Source: Candidatus Thorarchaeota archaeon (GTDB taxonomy: Archaea > Asgardarchaeota > Thorarchaeia > Thorarchaeales > Thorarchaeaceae). From it: a stretch of 32,000 nucleotides of DNA. Position numbers and translations under genes: made by a program. The notes below the pieces were generated by a model, which did no database searches, was not told the origin of the DNA, and worked only from the letters and a program-made list of their open reading frames with translations. The stretch spans positions 180,001-212,000 of the forward strand of contig SHMX01000003.1 in NCBI GenBank assembly GCA_008080745.1, given 5' to 3'. Below are positions 8,764 to 17,890 of the stretch, piece after piece (within the stretch, counting starts at the first letter, position 1; each line of letters begins with the position of its first letter).

Positions 8764-9239
8764 AGAATCAAACCTCCATACTCTATTTCGGAATGTTTCT
8801 CAGCTAATTGAGACCATTGAGAAAAGAACAGGTCGGTCTTACCTAAAAGCAACCTTCCGGTTCCGGATAGTGTTTCAACGCGTGCGATACTTTCTACATA
8901 GATTGTCTTTATGCTGAGAATTCTCGCTGCTTGGAAGACAGGAATCGTAAGACCTGAACCGCAACTGATTACGGCTCTTGGACGATATAGTAATAGGAAT
9001 ACTAAAGCTAGTGCAAACGAAGTCAGAGTGCGAATGACAGATAGAATCCGAGAGTCGGACGGGAGGTATCTTGGGATTAACAGGGGGAGAATAGTGCCAG
9101 GATATCGAATCTTCTTCTTGACTAATCTATCGAGAATGTCAATGAAATAGATATACTCGAAGAAGCTCCCTAGAAGATTTACCAAACCTAGCGTTTCAGT
9201 GGTGTGACCACCACGACCCAGAACAACGCCCAATTTCAT
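8760..9239 (-). CDS. alg14: Alg14/PssD-like glycosyltransferase acceptor/enhancer subunit
   Basis: VVLGRGGHT, PRAVISCGSG, IYVESIARVETLSGTG, FFSQW motifs. Confidence 0.88.
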   Translation of the reverse strand: MKLGVVLGRGGHTTETLGLVNLLGSFFEYIYFIDILDRLVKKKIRYPGTILPLLIPRYLPSDSRILSVIRTLTSFALALVFLLLYRPRAVISCGSGLTIPVFQAARILSIKTIYVESIARVETLSGTGRLLLGKTDLFFSQWSQLAEKHSEIEYGGLIL

Positions 9240-9351
9240 AATTCAATCACTACAGAAGATACGTTTCATCAACTAGATAAAGAGTTCTGATAATGGTCAA
9301 TATCGTTGACTACTTATAGTGCATTTTATTTGCAATACAAGAGGCCTGAGA

Positions 9352-10776
9352 ATGAGTATCATTAAGTCGTCTCAAACTCACCCGCTCTATAAAGACCTCG
9401 TCAAAATCGTTGGCGAAGATCGAGTGAGTGATAGCCGCGTAGTAATGTCCGCGTATAGCAAAGATGCATGTCATCTGACCGCTGAACGTCCGGAAGTTGT
9501 AGTCATGCCTGAAACTCTTGACGAGATTAAGAGCATTGCAAAAATCTGTAATAGTACCAAGACTCCATTGGTTCCAGCGGGTGGACGAAATGGTATATGT
9601 GGAGCATGTCTTCCACGAATAGAGGGGGCAGTCATGCTAGACATGGTGAAGATGGACGAAATTGTCGAAATCAACGAAGATGTCATGACCGTTACAGTAG
9701 AAGCAGGCCTCAGATGGGCAGAACTAATTCATCGTCTTGATGAAAAGGGATACAAGCTTGGTTTTCGCGGTCCATATGGTGGTAATGCTGGTACTGTGGG
9801 AGGTTCAGTTAGCATCAACAGCATTGGTTACGCAGCTTCGAAATTCGGACCTTCAACTGAGGGTGTTGTATCATTGGAGGTGGTTCTTGCAAATGGTGAT
9901 GTTATTACAACTGGATCAGGCTGGAACAAAGATGCACCAATCTTTGCTAGATACACAACCTACAATGATATTACTGGGCTGTTTTTGGGCGATCATGGAA
10001 CACTGGGTGTCAAGACAAAAGTGACTCTGAAAATTTACCCAAAAGCTGACTATTTCACTTATGGAGACTTTGGTTTCACAAGCCTAGAAGACGCATCTCA
10101 AGCATTTCTTGAAGTTCAAAAATTAGGATTTACTGAAGAGCTTAATCTTTTAGCAGATAGACAATCCACCGATACATTCTTCCCTGGGTTTTTGGATAAG
10201 CATCCTGAAATTAAATCCATGTTTGCTTCTGTTGTCCAAGAAGTAGATGCTCAATTGGCTCAGAGGAAGATGGAAATAATTAGAGAGATTGCGCTCAAAC
10301 ATGGGGGTAAGGACCTCGGTAACTTTGCTTCACAAATGCATTGGTCAGAACTATTTAATCTAGTTCAACCACTATACAATAATGGTTTTTGGCTCAACAC
10401 ATGTCACCTTAGACCAATTCCAAAAATACCAGCATTAATGGATCGAATGTGGGCAATTTTTGAGAAGTACCAACTTCTTGAAAATGGTATCAAATGGATT
10501 GCAAGTTGTCTTGGTGCTGAAAGGGCCTATGCAACGGGTTGGGTAACTATCTTTGCCCCAAACAAGGAAAAAATGGAACTGGCTCTAAAGGCATGGAATG
10601 AGATGTTGGATAGTGTCATTGAAACTAAGGGATGTCCGTACTGGAATGGCCTACTCTGGGAAAAGAGAGCATTGAAGCAGACAGATCAAAAGTTTCTTGA
10701 TACATATTGGACTGTGAAAAAGGCCCTTGATCCCGAGAATATCCTAAGTCCACATGTCTTTGAAGGAGGTTTCTAA
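9352..10776 (+). CDS. FAD-binding oxidoreductase of the GlcD/D-lactate dehydrogenase/alkyl-DHAP synthase (VAO/PCMH) superfamily
   Basis: PEVVVMP, PAGGRNG, VEAG, TVGG, GDHGTLGVKTKVTLK and C-terminal KKALDPENILSP; start moved to ATG 9352. Confidence 0.88.
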   Translation: MSIIKSSQTHPLYKDLVKIVGEDRVSDSRVVMSAYSKDACHLTAERPEVVVMPETLDEIKSIAKICNSTKTPLVPAGGRNGICGACLPRIEGAVMLDMVKMDEIVEINEDVMTVTVEAGLRWAELIHRLDEKGYKLGFRGPYGGNAGTVGGSVSINSIGYAASKFGPSTEGVVSLEVVLANGDVITTGSGWNKDAPIFARYTTYNDITGLFLGDHGTLGVKTKVTLKIYPKADYFTYGDFGFTSLEDASQAFLEVQKLGFTEELNLLADRQSTDTFFPGFLDKHPEIKSMFASVVQEVDAQLAQRKMEIIREIALKHGGKDLGNFASQMHWSELFNLVQPLYNNGFWLNTCHLRPIPKIPALMDRMWAIFEKYQLLENGIKWIASCLGAERAYATGWVTIFAPNKEKMELALKAWNEMLDSVIETKGCPYWNGLLWEKRALKQTDQKFLDTYWTVKKALDPENILSPHVFEGGF

Positions 10777-12348
10777 ATGGAATACAATAACTTATCCGAA
10801 TACGAACAAGACCTATTCCTCTGTGGAAGATGTGGAGATTGCTCCCTCGCTGATAAGATAGTTGCTTCAGGGAGAGATGTGTTTCACCCGTGTTCTGTAA
10901 AAAATGTGCTTGGATTTGAGGTATTTGCATGTAGAGGTCGTATTATGGTACTAAACGACCTACTAACTGGTGAACTTGAAGTCGATGATGATATAATTAA
11001 TTGGGCATATACCTGCACAACTTGCCGGAATTGTCAAGAAACCTGTACAGCTACAGCTGATGGTATTAGATTACCAGAAATCATGGAAGCTTTCCGTAAA
11101 GACCTAGTTGAAGCTGGTTATCAGCTTGAAAAGCATGAAAAAATTGAGAAATCAATTAATGAATTGGGAAATCCATACAAAGAACAACACGACAAACGCT
11201 TGGAAGTATTTGGGGATCGAGAATGGCCGGAAAAAGCTGATGTCGTCTATTTTGTGGGTTGTACCAGTGCATATCGGGAGAAGGAGATAGCTCGCACCAC
11301 GGTAGATCTTCTCGATAGATCTGGCGTGAATTATACAGTGTTGGAAGATGAACGTTGTTGTGGTTCTGTTCTACTACGAGTTGGAAGAACTGATGCTTTT
11401 GCAGCTCTTTCTCAACACAATATAGAGAAAATTAAAGAATCGGGAGCTAAAACTGTCGTTACATCATGTGCAGGGTGTTATAGAACATGGAAAGTTGACG
11501 TTGTTGAACAAGGACATGAATATGATTTTGAAATTCTTCATATCACAGAATACTTGGATAAACTAATTCAGGATGAAAAATTATCTTTTGAAGCACCTGA
11601 ACCTATCAAAGTCACATATCATGATCCTTGTCACTTAGGACGTCATGCAGAAGTCTATGAAGCCCCTAGAAGAGTGATTCAAGCCGTTGAGAATGTGGAA
11701 CTAGTTGAAATGGAAACCAACAAACGTTATGCACATTGCTGTGGTAGTGGTGGTGGTGTGAAGAGTTCCTTCGGTGAATTGGCTAATAAAATAGCAGCGG
11801 ATCGAGTTCATGAAGCAGAAGATACAAAAGCTGAGATACTTGTAACTGCATGTCCATTCTGCCACAAAGGACTTGTCGATGGTGCCAAACATTCAGCAAG
11901 TTCAATGAAAATTCTAGACCTACCTGAGTTCTTGATGGCGTATGTCAAAGAAGGGAAGAAAAAATCAAAGGCTGCTGAACACCCGTTAAAAACAAAATTC
12001 ATGAAATATCTTAGAAAACATCCTTTGATTTTTGATGGACTGAAGAAAGATGCAATCATCGACTATGAAATTGAGGGGGAGCGATTCCATGTCCATGTAT
12101 TGGATAAAGGAGAGATAGAAGTTGTACCTCGAAGATCTGAAAATCCGGATGTTGAGCTAATATTTTCACCCGCAGCTGTCGAAAAGCTTACCTCTTTCAA
12201 GAATGAGGAGGAATATGCAGCTCAATTTGGGCTTTTCTTCAAGGAACCAACCGAGGAGGAATGGATCAAATTCAATCTAAGGCGAAACATAGTAAAACTA
12301 CTAATGAAGGGCTACAGAAAGTTCGCACAAAAAGCAGGGCTTATCTAA
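10777..12348 (+). CDS. HdrD/GlpC/GlcF-like Fe-S protein (2x[4Fe-4S] plus two CCG domains) with a C-terminal SCP2-like domain
   Basis: CGRCGDC...C, CTTCRNCQETC, FVGC, RCCGS, TSCAGC, YHDPCHLGR, HCCGSGGG, TACPFC; extra ~120-aa tail. Translationally coupled to the FAD gene (TAAATG). Confidence 0.88.
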   Translation: MEYNNLSEYEQDLFLCGRCGDCSLADKIVASGRDVFHPCSVKNVLGFEVFACRGRIMVLNDLLTGELEVDDDIINWAYTCTTCRNCQETCTATADGIRLPEIMEAFRKDLVEAGYQLEKHEKIEKSINELGNPYKEQHDKRLEVFGDREWPEKADVVYFVGCTSAYREKEIARTTVDLLDRSGVNYTVLEDERCCGSVLLRVGRTDAFAALSQHNIEKIKESGAKTVVTSCAGCYRTWKVDVVEQGHEYDFEILHITEYLDKLIQDEKLSFEAPEPIKVTYHDPCHLGRHAEVYEAPRRVIQAVENVELVEMETNKRYAHCCGSGGGVKSSFGELANKIAADRVHEAEDTKAEILVTACPFCHKGLVDGAKHSASSMKILDLPEFLMAYVKEGKKKSKAAEHPLKTKFMKYLRKHPLIFDGLKKDAIIDYEIEGERFHVHVLDKGEIEVVPRRSENPDVELIFSPAAVEKLTSFKNEEEYAAQFGLFFKEPTEEEWIKFNLRRNIVKLLMKGYRKFAQKAGLI

Positions 12349-12366
12349 ACAATATGTGAAATTCAG

Positions 12367-12400
12367 GCTGGTTTTCTATTTTGAAAGCCAGCTTTCTTTT
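12367..12400 (+). terminator. Stem-loop plus U-tract terminator of the FAD/Fe-S operon
   Basis: GCTGGTTTTC(12367-12376)...GAAAGCCAGC(12383-12392) with one G-U pair that works only on the plus strand, followed by TTTCTTTT. Confidence 0.65.
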
Positions 12401-12504
12401 CGATTGTGTATATCAATTAAGAATCTATCACGATAATAACGAAACCTTGAATAACCTAACAGAAGGGCATTTTGCAGAACTACTTGAAATCGGAGTAAGA
12501 TGAA

Positions 12505-13626
12505 TTGAAAATCCTCCACATCTCAGAATATGGTTTGCCTGATCCAAGAATCGAAAGACTTGCAATCATGTCATCATCTTATACCGAGTCTCATTTCCTG
12601 GGTGGACTAGGACATGAAATCAAGTTATTTGAAAATGCGTTTGAATCTATAACCAATACAGACTTTTTTACAACTGCAGGAAAATCAGGAATACCATATT
12701 ATTACCAAAAAATGAAAGAAAGTATACTAAAGGAAGTCGATAGGATTGATCCCGACATCATATATGCTCATAATGTGATTGCAGCAAAAATTGTATCAGA
12801 TCTTCCGAAGCCATTTATCTATGATGACCACGAGTATTGGTCTAGACAGGTGTTGATTAAACGAGTCAAAAACAAGTCATTCTTTGATAAGCTAAAAAAC
12901 CGATTGAGATATTTTTGGTTACCTAAAGTATATAGGAAATGGGAAAAAAAAGTACTAGCAAAAGCAGCATCTGTAGTTACTGTTAGTGAAGCCATCGCAC
13001 TAGAACATAGAGAGAAAGCAGGATTCTGTTATGTAATTCCTAATTTTCCTTTAAGGCAGGAGATAGGAGAACATCACAAACCAAAAGCGCATTCTGGAAA
13101 TCCAAAGGCAATTTGTCTTTCGTCAGATTTCGGGGGTTTCCTTGAGCATAGAAATCCAGGTACTAATCTTGAAGCCATTCAAAGTGTAGGAGGAGTTGAA
13201 GTGGATTGGGTCGGGCGTCCACCAAAACCGGAACTGACTTGGTTCAAACATCGGGATTGGATTGAACCCTCTTCACTACTAGAGGTCTTGACCAAAAACT
13301 ACCAGTTTGGTCTGATACCATGGATAGACTATTGGTATCATCGATATTCAATGCCAAACAAGGCAGCGACATATTCCCATGCAGGATTAATCTTTGTTTT
13401 GAATAAAGATTTCAAGTCTATAATCCACATGCTACCAAAATACGGATATTATACATACGAAAATCAAGAGGAACTAAAGGTAATCATTAGAAAATTGAGG
13501 GACCTTGATACCCAGGAACTTCTCAAAAGAAGAGTCAATCTACAAAATTGGGCTAGAGAAAACGTTGTTCTTGATAAATATGCAAAGACGCTCAGAAGAG
13601 CTATTGAACATGCAGGAGTCAAATGA
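12505..13626 (+). CDS. GT-B fold glycosyltransferase, GT4-like (divergent)
   Basis: MKILHI, DPRI, PDIIYAHN, FIYDDHEYW, KAASVVTVSE, and PNKAATYSHAGL (variant of PNKLFEYMAAG). Confidence 0.8.
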   Translation: MKILHISEYGLPDPRIERLAIMSSSYTESHFLGGLGHEIKLFENAFESITNTDFFTTAGKSGIPYYYQKMKESILKEVDRIDPDIIYAHNVIAAKIVSDLPKPFIYDDHEYWSRQVLIKRVKNKSFFDKLKNRLRYFWLPKVYRKWEKKVLAKAASVVTVSEAIALEHREKAGFCYVIPNFPLRQEIGEHHKPKAHSGNPKAICLSSDFGGFLEHRNPGTNLEAIQSVGGVEVDWVGRPPKPELTWFKHRDWIEPSSLLEVLTKNYQFGLIPWIDYWYHRYSMPNKAATYSHAGLIFVLNKDFKSIIHMLPKYGYYTYENQEELKVIIRKLRDLDTQELLKRRVNLQNWARENVVLDKYAKTLRRAIEHAGVK

Positions 13627-13633
13627 AGTGAAT

Positions 13634-14620
13634 TCATTCTAACAATATATCAATGCTATCTCGTCCCGAGAACCATGATTCAACTGCTGATTTCAATTTC
13701 TCCCATTCTGTATCAGTAATTGTCTGCCGATTTCTATTTTCGAAACTTTCAGGAATTCGATTCATAATTTCTTCCGTAGCAGAAAGACCAGCTAATTGAA
13801 GTACACTACGTATCTGTGCGTGAGGATTACCAATGAGGTCTGAATGATCGATGATCACATATTCGGTAGCACTCAAATCTGCAATTGCATTGCCAATAGC
13901 TTTGAGAATGTAGTAAACTTGCCCAGCAACCTGTTCATATGGGCTTTTCTTCACAAGTTCGTAATATTCTGGAGGTTTCAATGAAAACCAACCAGAGTAA
14001 TCACCAAAGAATGCTTTCCTTCCCAGAAGAATCGATTGAGCTTGATAAAGAGGATCGCGAGTGCATATCACGAATTTTGATTTTTTCAGAGTTCTCCGAA
14101 GAAAGGGAATCTGTAATCCACAATACAGGCTCTTGAAGACCATTGGGGCTTCGAACACACTCTCCAAAGCTGCTATTTCCTGACGGAAGACGACTTGATC
14201 AATACAGTCTATGATTTCGGATTTCATCTGATGATCTTCATCATACCGATACCATTTTTTCCAAAAATAATTGAACTGGTGAGGTTCATACCAACCGCTT
14301 GTTCTACCATAATCTGATTGATAACTCATATCTTTCTTTGTTCTAATATTTAGTGCTTTTTCCTGAAGTGCTCCGATATAGGGAGCTGCCCAGAATCGAG
14401 CAAGATAATTGGAAATATATCCAAATACACCAGTTTCAGCCACGAGTTGATGTAGTAGAGTAGTAGCGCCTCGTGGGGGGCCTATAATAAAAAGCGTTTT
14501 TTTTAGTGGAGAGTCAAATCTTTGAATCTCCTTGATTTCGAGGGGTTCCAGAATTCTATTTATCTTCTCAAGAATATTCTCTTGTTCCTGGTCCTTTCGG
14601 TATTTATCAGTACGTTCCAT
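13634..14620 (-). CDS. PAPS-dependent sulfotransferase (Sulfotransfer_3-like)
   Basis: 5'-PSB-like FIIGPPRGATTLL, VFKSL, FVICTRDPLYQAQS (3'-PB) and a late IDHSDLIGNP motif. Confidence 0.82.
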   Translation of the reverse strand: MERTDKYRKDQEQENILEKINRILEPLEIKEIQRFDSPLKKTLFIIGPPRGATTLLHQLVAETGVFGYISNYLARFWAAPYIGALQEKALNIRTKKDMSYQSDYGRTSGWYEPHQFNYFWKKWYRYDEDHQMKSEIIDCIDQVVFRQEIAALESVFEAPMVFKSLYCGLQIPFLRRTLKKSKFVICTRDPLYQAQSILLGRKAFFGDYSGWFSLKPPEYYELVKKSPYEQVAGQVYYILKAIGNAIADLSATEYVIIDHSDLIGNPHAQIRSVLQLAGLSATEEIMNRIPESFENRNRQTITDTEWEKLKSAVESWFSGRDSIDILLE

Positions 14621-14682
14621 TGGATATTAGACCCAAAATACCAACAAATTTGTTCTGTATTTATCATTATGGATGCTTAATA

Positions 14683-15348
14683 TCACCAGAATTTTTTTGG
14701 TCCTTCATTCATTAAATAATCAATAATGGAGAGGTTTGGAATGAAATCACCAAATTGCTGCTCGTAAACAGGATGGCTGAAATCAAGGAATTCAACTGAG
14801 ATTCCAGATTCTTGAAAAGAAGACAACTCAAGATAATCGCGTCCTGACTCACCTGAAAGATATTTATCAGCCTCAAGTTTTTTGCAGATTTTGAGGATTC
14901 TTTGGTTTCCATCCTCAGCTATAATATCTAAGTTGGAGCTGAATACCATTTTAGTCGTAATACCTAATAATTCGAAACACAATTCTAAGAGATCAATATT
15001 GAATTCTGCAAGGTATGTGTATCCCTTATCATATATCTCCTGAAATCGCGGGATAATAATCTCATAATAATCAGATTTACCATACATATGTTTGAGTGTC
15101 TTCAAATGTTTTTCTTGCCATTCAACATGATCGGCAATTCGAATTTCATTTATTGGAGCCATCCTATCTCCCGTTATGGGAACAGTGAGCCAAATAGTGC
15201 CATTTGGCTTCTTAATCTTATTACGGTTTGTATATCCTCTTGGTGTGAACTGAACATCATCAAATATTACAAAGATATCAACTTGGCGAGCCTTGTCAAA
15301 ATATCCTAAATATGGAAGAAAATTGGGTTGATGAACGGCGATTTTCAC
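14683..15348 (-). CDS. wbqC: WbqC-like family protein (putative aminoacyl/glycyl transferase in glycan synthesis)
   Basis: AVHQPNFLPYLGYF, FDDVQF, TNRNKI, WLTVP, YLSGESGRDY, LSIIDYL. Confidence 0.92.
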   Translation of the reverse strand: MKIAVHQPNFLPYLGYFDKARQVDIFVIFDDVQFTPRGYTNRNKIKKPNGTIWLTVPITGDRMAPINEIRIADHVEWQEKHLKTLKHMYGKSDYYEIIIPRFQEIYDKGYTYLAEFNIDLLELCFELLGITTKMVFSSNLDIIAEDGNQRILKICKKLEADKYLSGESGRDYLELSSFQESGISVEFLDFSHPVYEQQFGDFIPNLSIIDYLMNEGPKKFW

Positions 15349-15510
15349 TCTAAATACTCCTAGTCATTACAATGTTACTGTCTGAAATGACATAGATAAA
15401 AACTCTTAGAAAGCAGATTAATGAGTAACAAGCGGGATATCTAACTAGGAACGACCAAAATAAATATCTTGGATATGAATTCTAAATTCAAGAATACTGG
15501 AGATTCAATC

Positions 15511-16164
15511 ATGAGATTTGACGCTAAAAGTTGTTTGATATTATCGCCACACACAGATGATATTGAGCTAAGTGCAGGTGCAACAATAAGAAAATTCATT
15601 GAAAATGGATGTCGGGTAAAATCATTGGTCTTTAGCGATTGCAAGAAGAGTGTCGATACATCCAGATATGAGCAAGATGTCCTTGTTAAAGAGTGCAGAG
15701 CTGCTGCTAAACATCTAGGTATTAATGAGTTGGAAATCTTGGAATATCCAGTTAGAGAATTTCCTAAATACCGACAAGAGATTTTAGAAAAAATATACTC
15801 GATCAGAAAAGAAATGAAACCAGAGCTAGTAATTGCACCCTGGGAAAAGGATTTGCATCAAGATCATCAAACAGTAGCAAAGGAAGCTCTGCGGGCATTC
15901 ATGAGAACCGATACTAGTATTTGGGCATATCAAGTTCCTGGAACCTGTTCAGGATTCACCCCTGATATTTTCATCTCCATAACTGAAAGCGAAATCGAAC
16001 AAAAAATCGAGTTACTATATAAATATGAGAGTCAAGTGGTCAGAAGAGATTACTTTCAACCCAATAAAATCCGAGGTATGCTTAGTTACTTTGGAACATT
16101 TATTGGCTTGCCATATGCAGAAGGATTCATGAATTGTAAATCAGTTCTTAATCTGGACATCTGA
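15511..16164 (+). CDS. PIG-L/LmbE-family N-acetylhexosamine deacetylase
   Basis: SPHTDDIELSAG (HxDD metal motif) and HQDH; ATG 15511 follows GGAGA. Confidence 0.88.
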   Translation: MRFDAKSCLILSPHTDDIELSAGATIRKFIENGCRVKSLVFSDCKKSVDTSRYEQDVLVKECRAAAKHLGINELEILEYPVREFPKYRQEILEKIYSIRKEMKPELVIAPWEKDLHQDHQTVAKEALRAFMRTDTSIWAYQVPGTCSGFTPDIFISITESEIEQKIELLYKYESQVVRRDYFQPNKIRGMLSYFGTFIGLPYAEGFMNCKSVLNLDI

Positions 16165-17485
16165 TTTTAGAAGGTCTACCAATAGCTAAATATGAAAATC
16201 CTTTCTCAATACAGATTTCTGAGTTCAGTACATTTCTTCCATCAACTATGATAGGAGTTCGCATGATGGATTTAATTCGGTCTAAGTCCAGGGTAAAATA
16301 CTCTTTATGTGCTGTTGCTAAAGCGACGCAATCTGCTCCTTTTATAGAACCATAAAGGTCTTCTTCGATAGGCAAAGTGGTAGAAGATTTTACCTTCGGA
16401 TCATGGATAGTTGTTTCAACGCCTAAAACCTCTAGACTTCTTTTTAACGGGAGAGTAGGAGAGTTTCTTGTATCATCAGAGTTTTCAAGATAGGCGACAC
16501 CAAGAATAGTCACTTTACTTCCATGAATAGTTCCGCGAACTTTTAGCAAAGCATCTTCACAAAGATCACTCATATGTAATGGCATTGAATCATTGATATC
16601 CCGTGCCATGGCAATCAATCGGGGTTCGTATTTTCCCCGAGTTCCAAAGGCAAGAAGCCATGAATCCTTTGGTAGACAATGGCCACCAACTCCAGTTCCC
16701 GGATAATGCATATTCCTATTTGGGGACTTGTTTACTAATTCTCTAACAGTCCATACATCAACACCGATATTTTCACATAATAAAGCAATTTCATTTGCAA
16801 ATGCAATTTGTACATCTCGATATGCATTCTCTGTAGTCTTGACTACCTCAGCAGTCAGAGCATCTGTTGGATAGAGCTTACCCTTTACGATATGGCTGTA
16901 TAATTCGATAGCTTTCTTTGTACTTTCCTCATCGATACCTCCTACAACACGATCGAGATTAACCAAATTATAGAGTAACTTACCAGGCATAACGCGCTCT
17001 GGTGCAGTGGCTAAAAGGAAATCATCACCAGCCTTTAGACCCGATTCTTGCTCGATAATGGGTTTCACTATTGTATCTATAGTTCCAGGTGCTAAAGTGG
17101 ATTCTACTACAATTAAAGTTTCTTTCTTAAGATGTTTTCCAACATCTTTTGAAGCAGATCTAAGTGCAGAGTAATAGGGTTTGTAAATTTCTTTTTCGAA
17201 AGGGGTTTCTACAATGATAAGAACATATTCCGCTGACTCGATACTTTCGTAGCTCTTTTCAGCTTTCAGCCTTCCCGCCTCAACAACCTTTCGAACTAAT
17301 TCGTCTAATTGAGGTTCATCTCCCTCTATATGTGAAATTCCAGAATTTGTGGCTGTTATCTTATAATCATCCCTATCAATACCAACCACATTAAATCCAG
17401 CTTCAGCGAATTTAGCTGCAACTGGAAGACCCACATAACCAAGACCAATTACAACAAGATCTCCAAGAGTCAATACTAATCCCAA
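16148..17485 (-). CDS. wecC: Nucleotide-sugar dehydrogenase, UDP-N-acetylhexosamine 6-dehydrogenase (WecC/WbpA clade)
   Basis: GLGYVG Rossmann motif, VESTLAPGT, PERV, KTTENAYRDVQIAFANE, GVGGHCLPKD (catalytic Cys), VDGRN. Exact substrate is not determinable from sequence. Confidence 0.88.
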   Translation of the reverse strand: MGLVLTLGDLVVIGLGYVGLPVAAKFAEAGFNVVGIDRDDYKITATNSGISHIEGDEPQLDELVRKVVEAGRLKAEKSYESIESAEYVLIIVETPFEKEIYKPYYSALRSASKDVGKHLKKETLIVVESTLAPGTIDTIVKPIIEQESGLKAGDDFLLATAPERVMPGKLLYNLVNLDRVVGGIDEESTKKAIELYSHIVKGKLYPTDALTAEVVKTTENAYRDVQIAFANEIALLCENIGVDVWTVRELVNKSPNRNMHYPGTGVGGHCLPKDSWLLAFGTRGKYEPRLIAMARDINDSMPLHMSDLCEDALLKVRGTIHGSKVTILGVAYLENSDDTRNSPTLPLKRSLEVLGVETTIHDPKVKSSTTLPIEEDLYGSIKGADCVALATAHKEYFTLDLDRIKSIMRTPIIVDGRNVLNSEICIEKGFSYLAIGRPSKIRCPD

Positions 17486-17890
17486 GCTGGCGAAGTGATA
17501 GCATCCTTTAACTCTTTCTTAACAATAAGATAGGAACTACTGAAATCCAATTATAGAGAAAGAATATGAGAACTCTAGATTATACATATAGATAAAGTCC
17601 TATTCAACCAATTCTATTCTTCTGGAGATTCTTAGTTGTTCCATAAATTAGCATATTCTTACTGGAGTTACAACAAGACTTTGAAAAACATCAACTAGAC
17701 CAAAGACATTCTACTTATCAAACAGTTTCAAATCCATAATTCATCTATGATAGTGGAATCTATCTTCGCCATATTTCTTTTAATCATTCAATTACATTTG
17801 CTGATTCGCATAGCAAAAAATTAGATAGAAAGGCACAATTTTTCAACTGCGGAAAACTTTATGTAACAATTATTTGCCGCCTGAATTGAA

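Noticed and set aside
9296-9310. GTCAA-N5-TTGAC upstream of the FAD operon as the same operator as 26639-26654
   Set aside because: Half-site spacing differs (5 versus 2 nt), and 5-bp arms arise easily by chance.
17486-17890. Pseudogene or ncRNA in the long intergenic spacer
   Set aside because: No ORF of 60 aa or more, and I saw no recognisable protein motif or stable structure; treated as a divergent promoter region.
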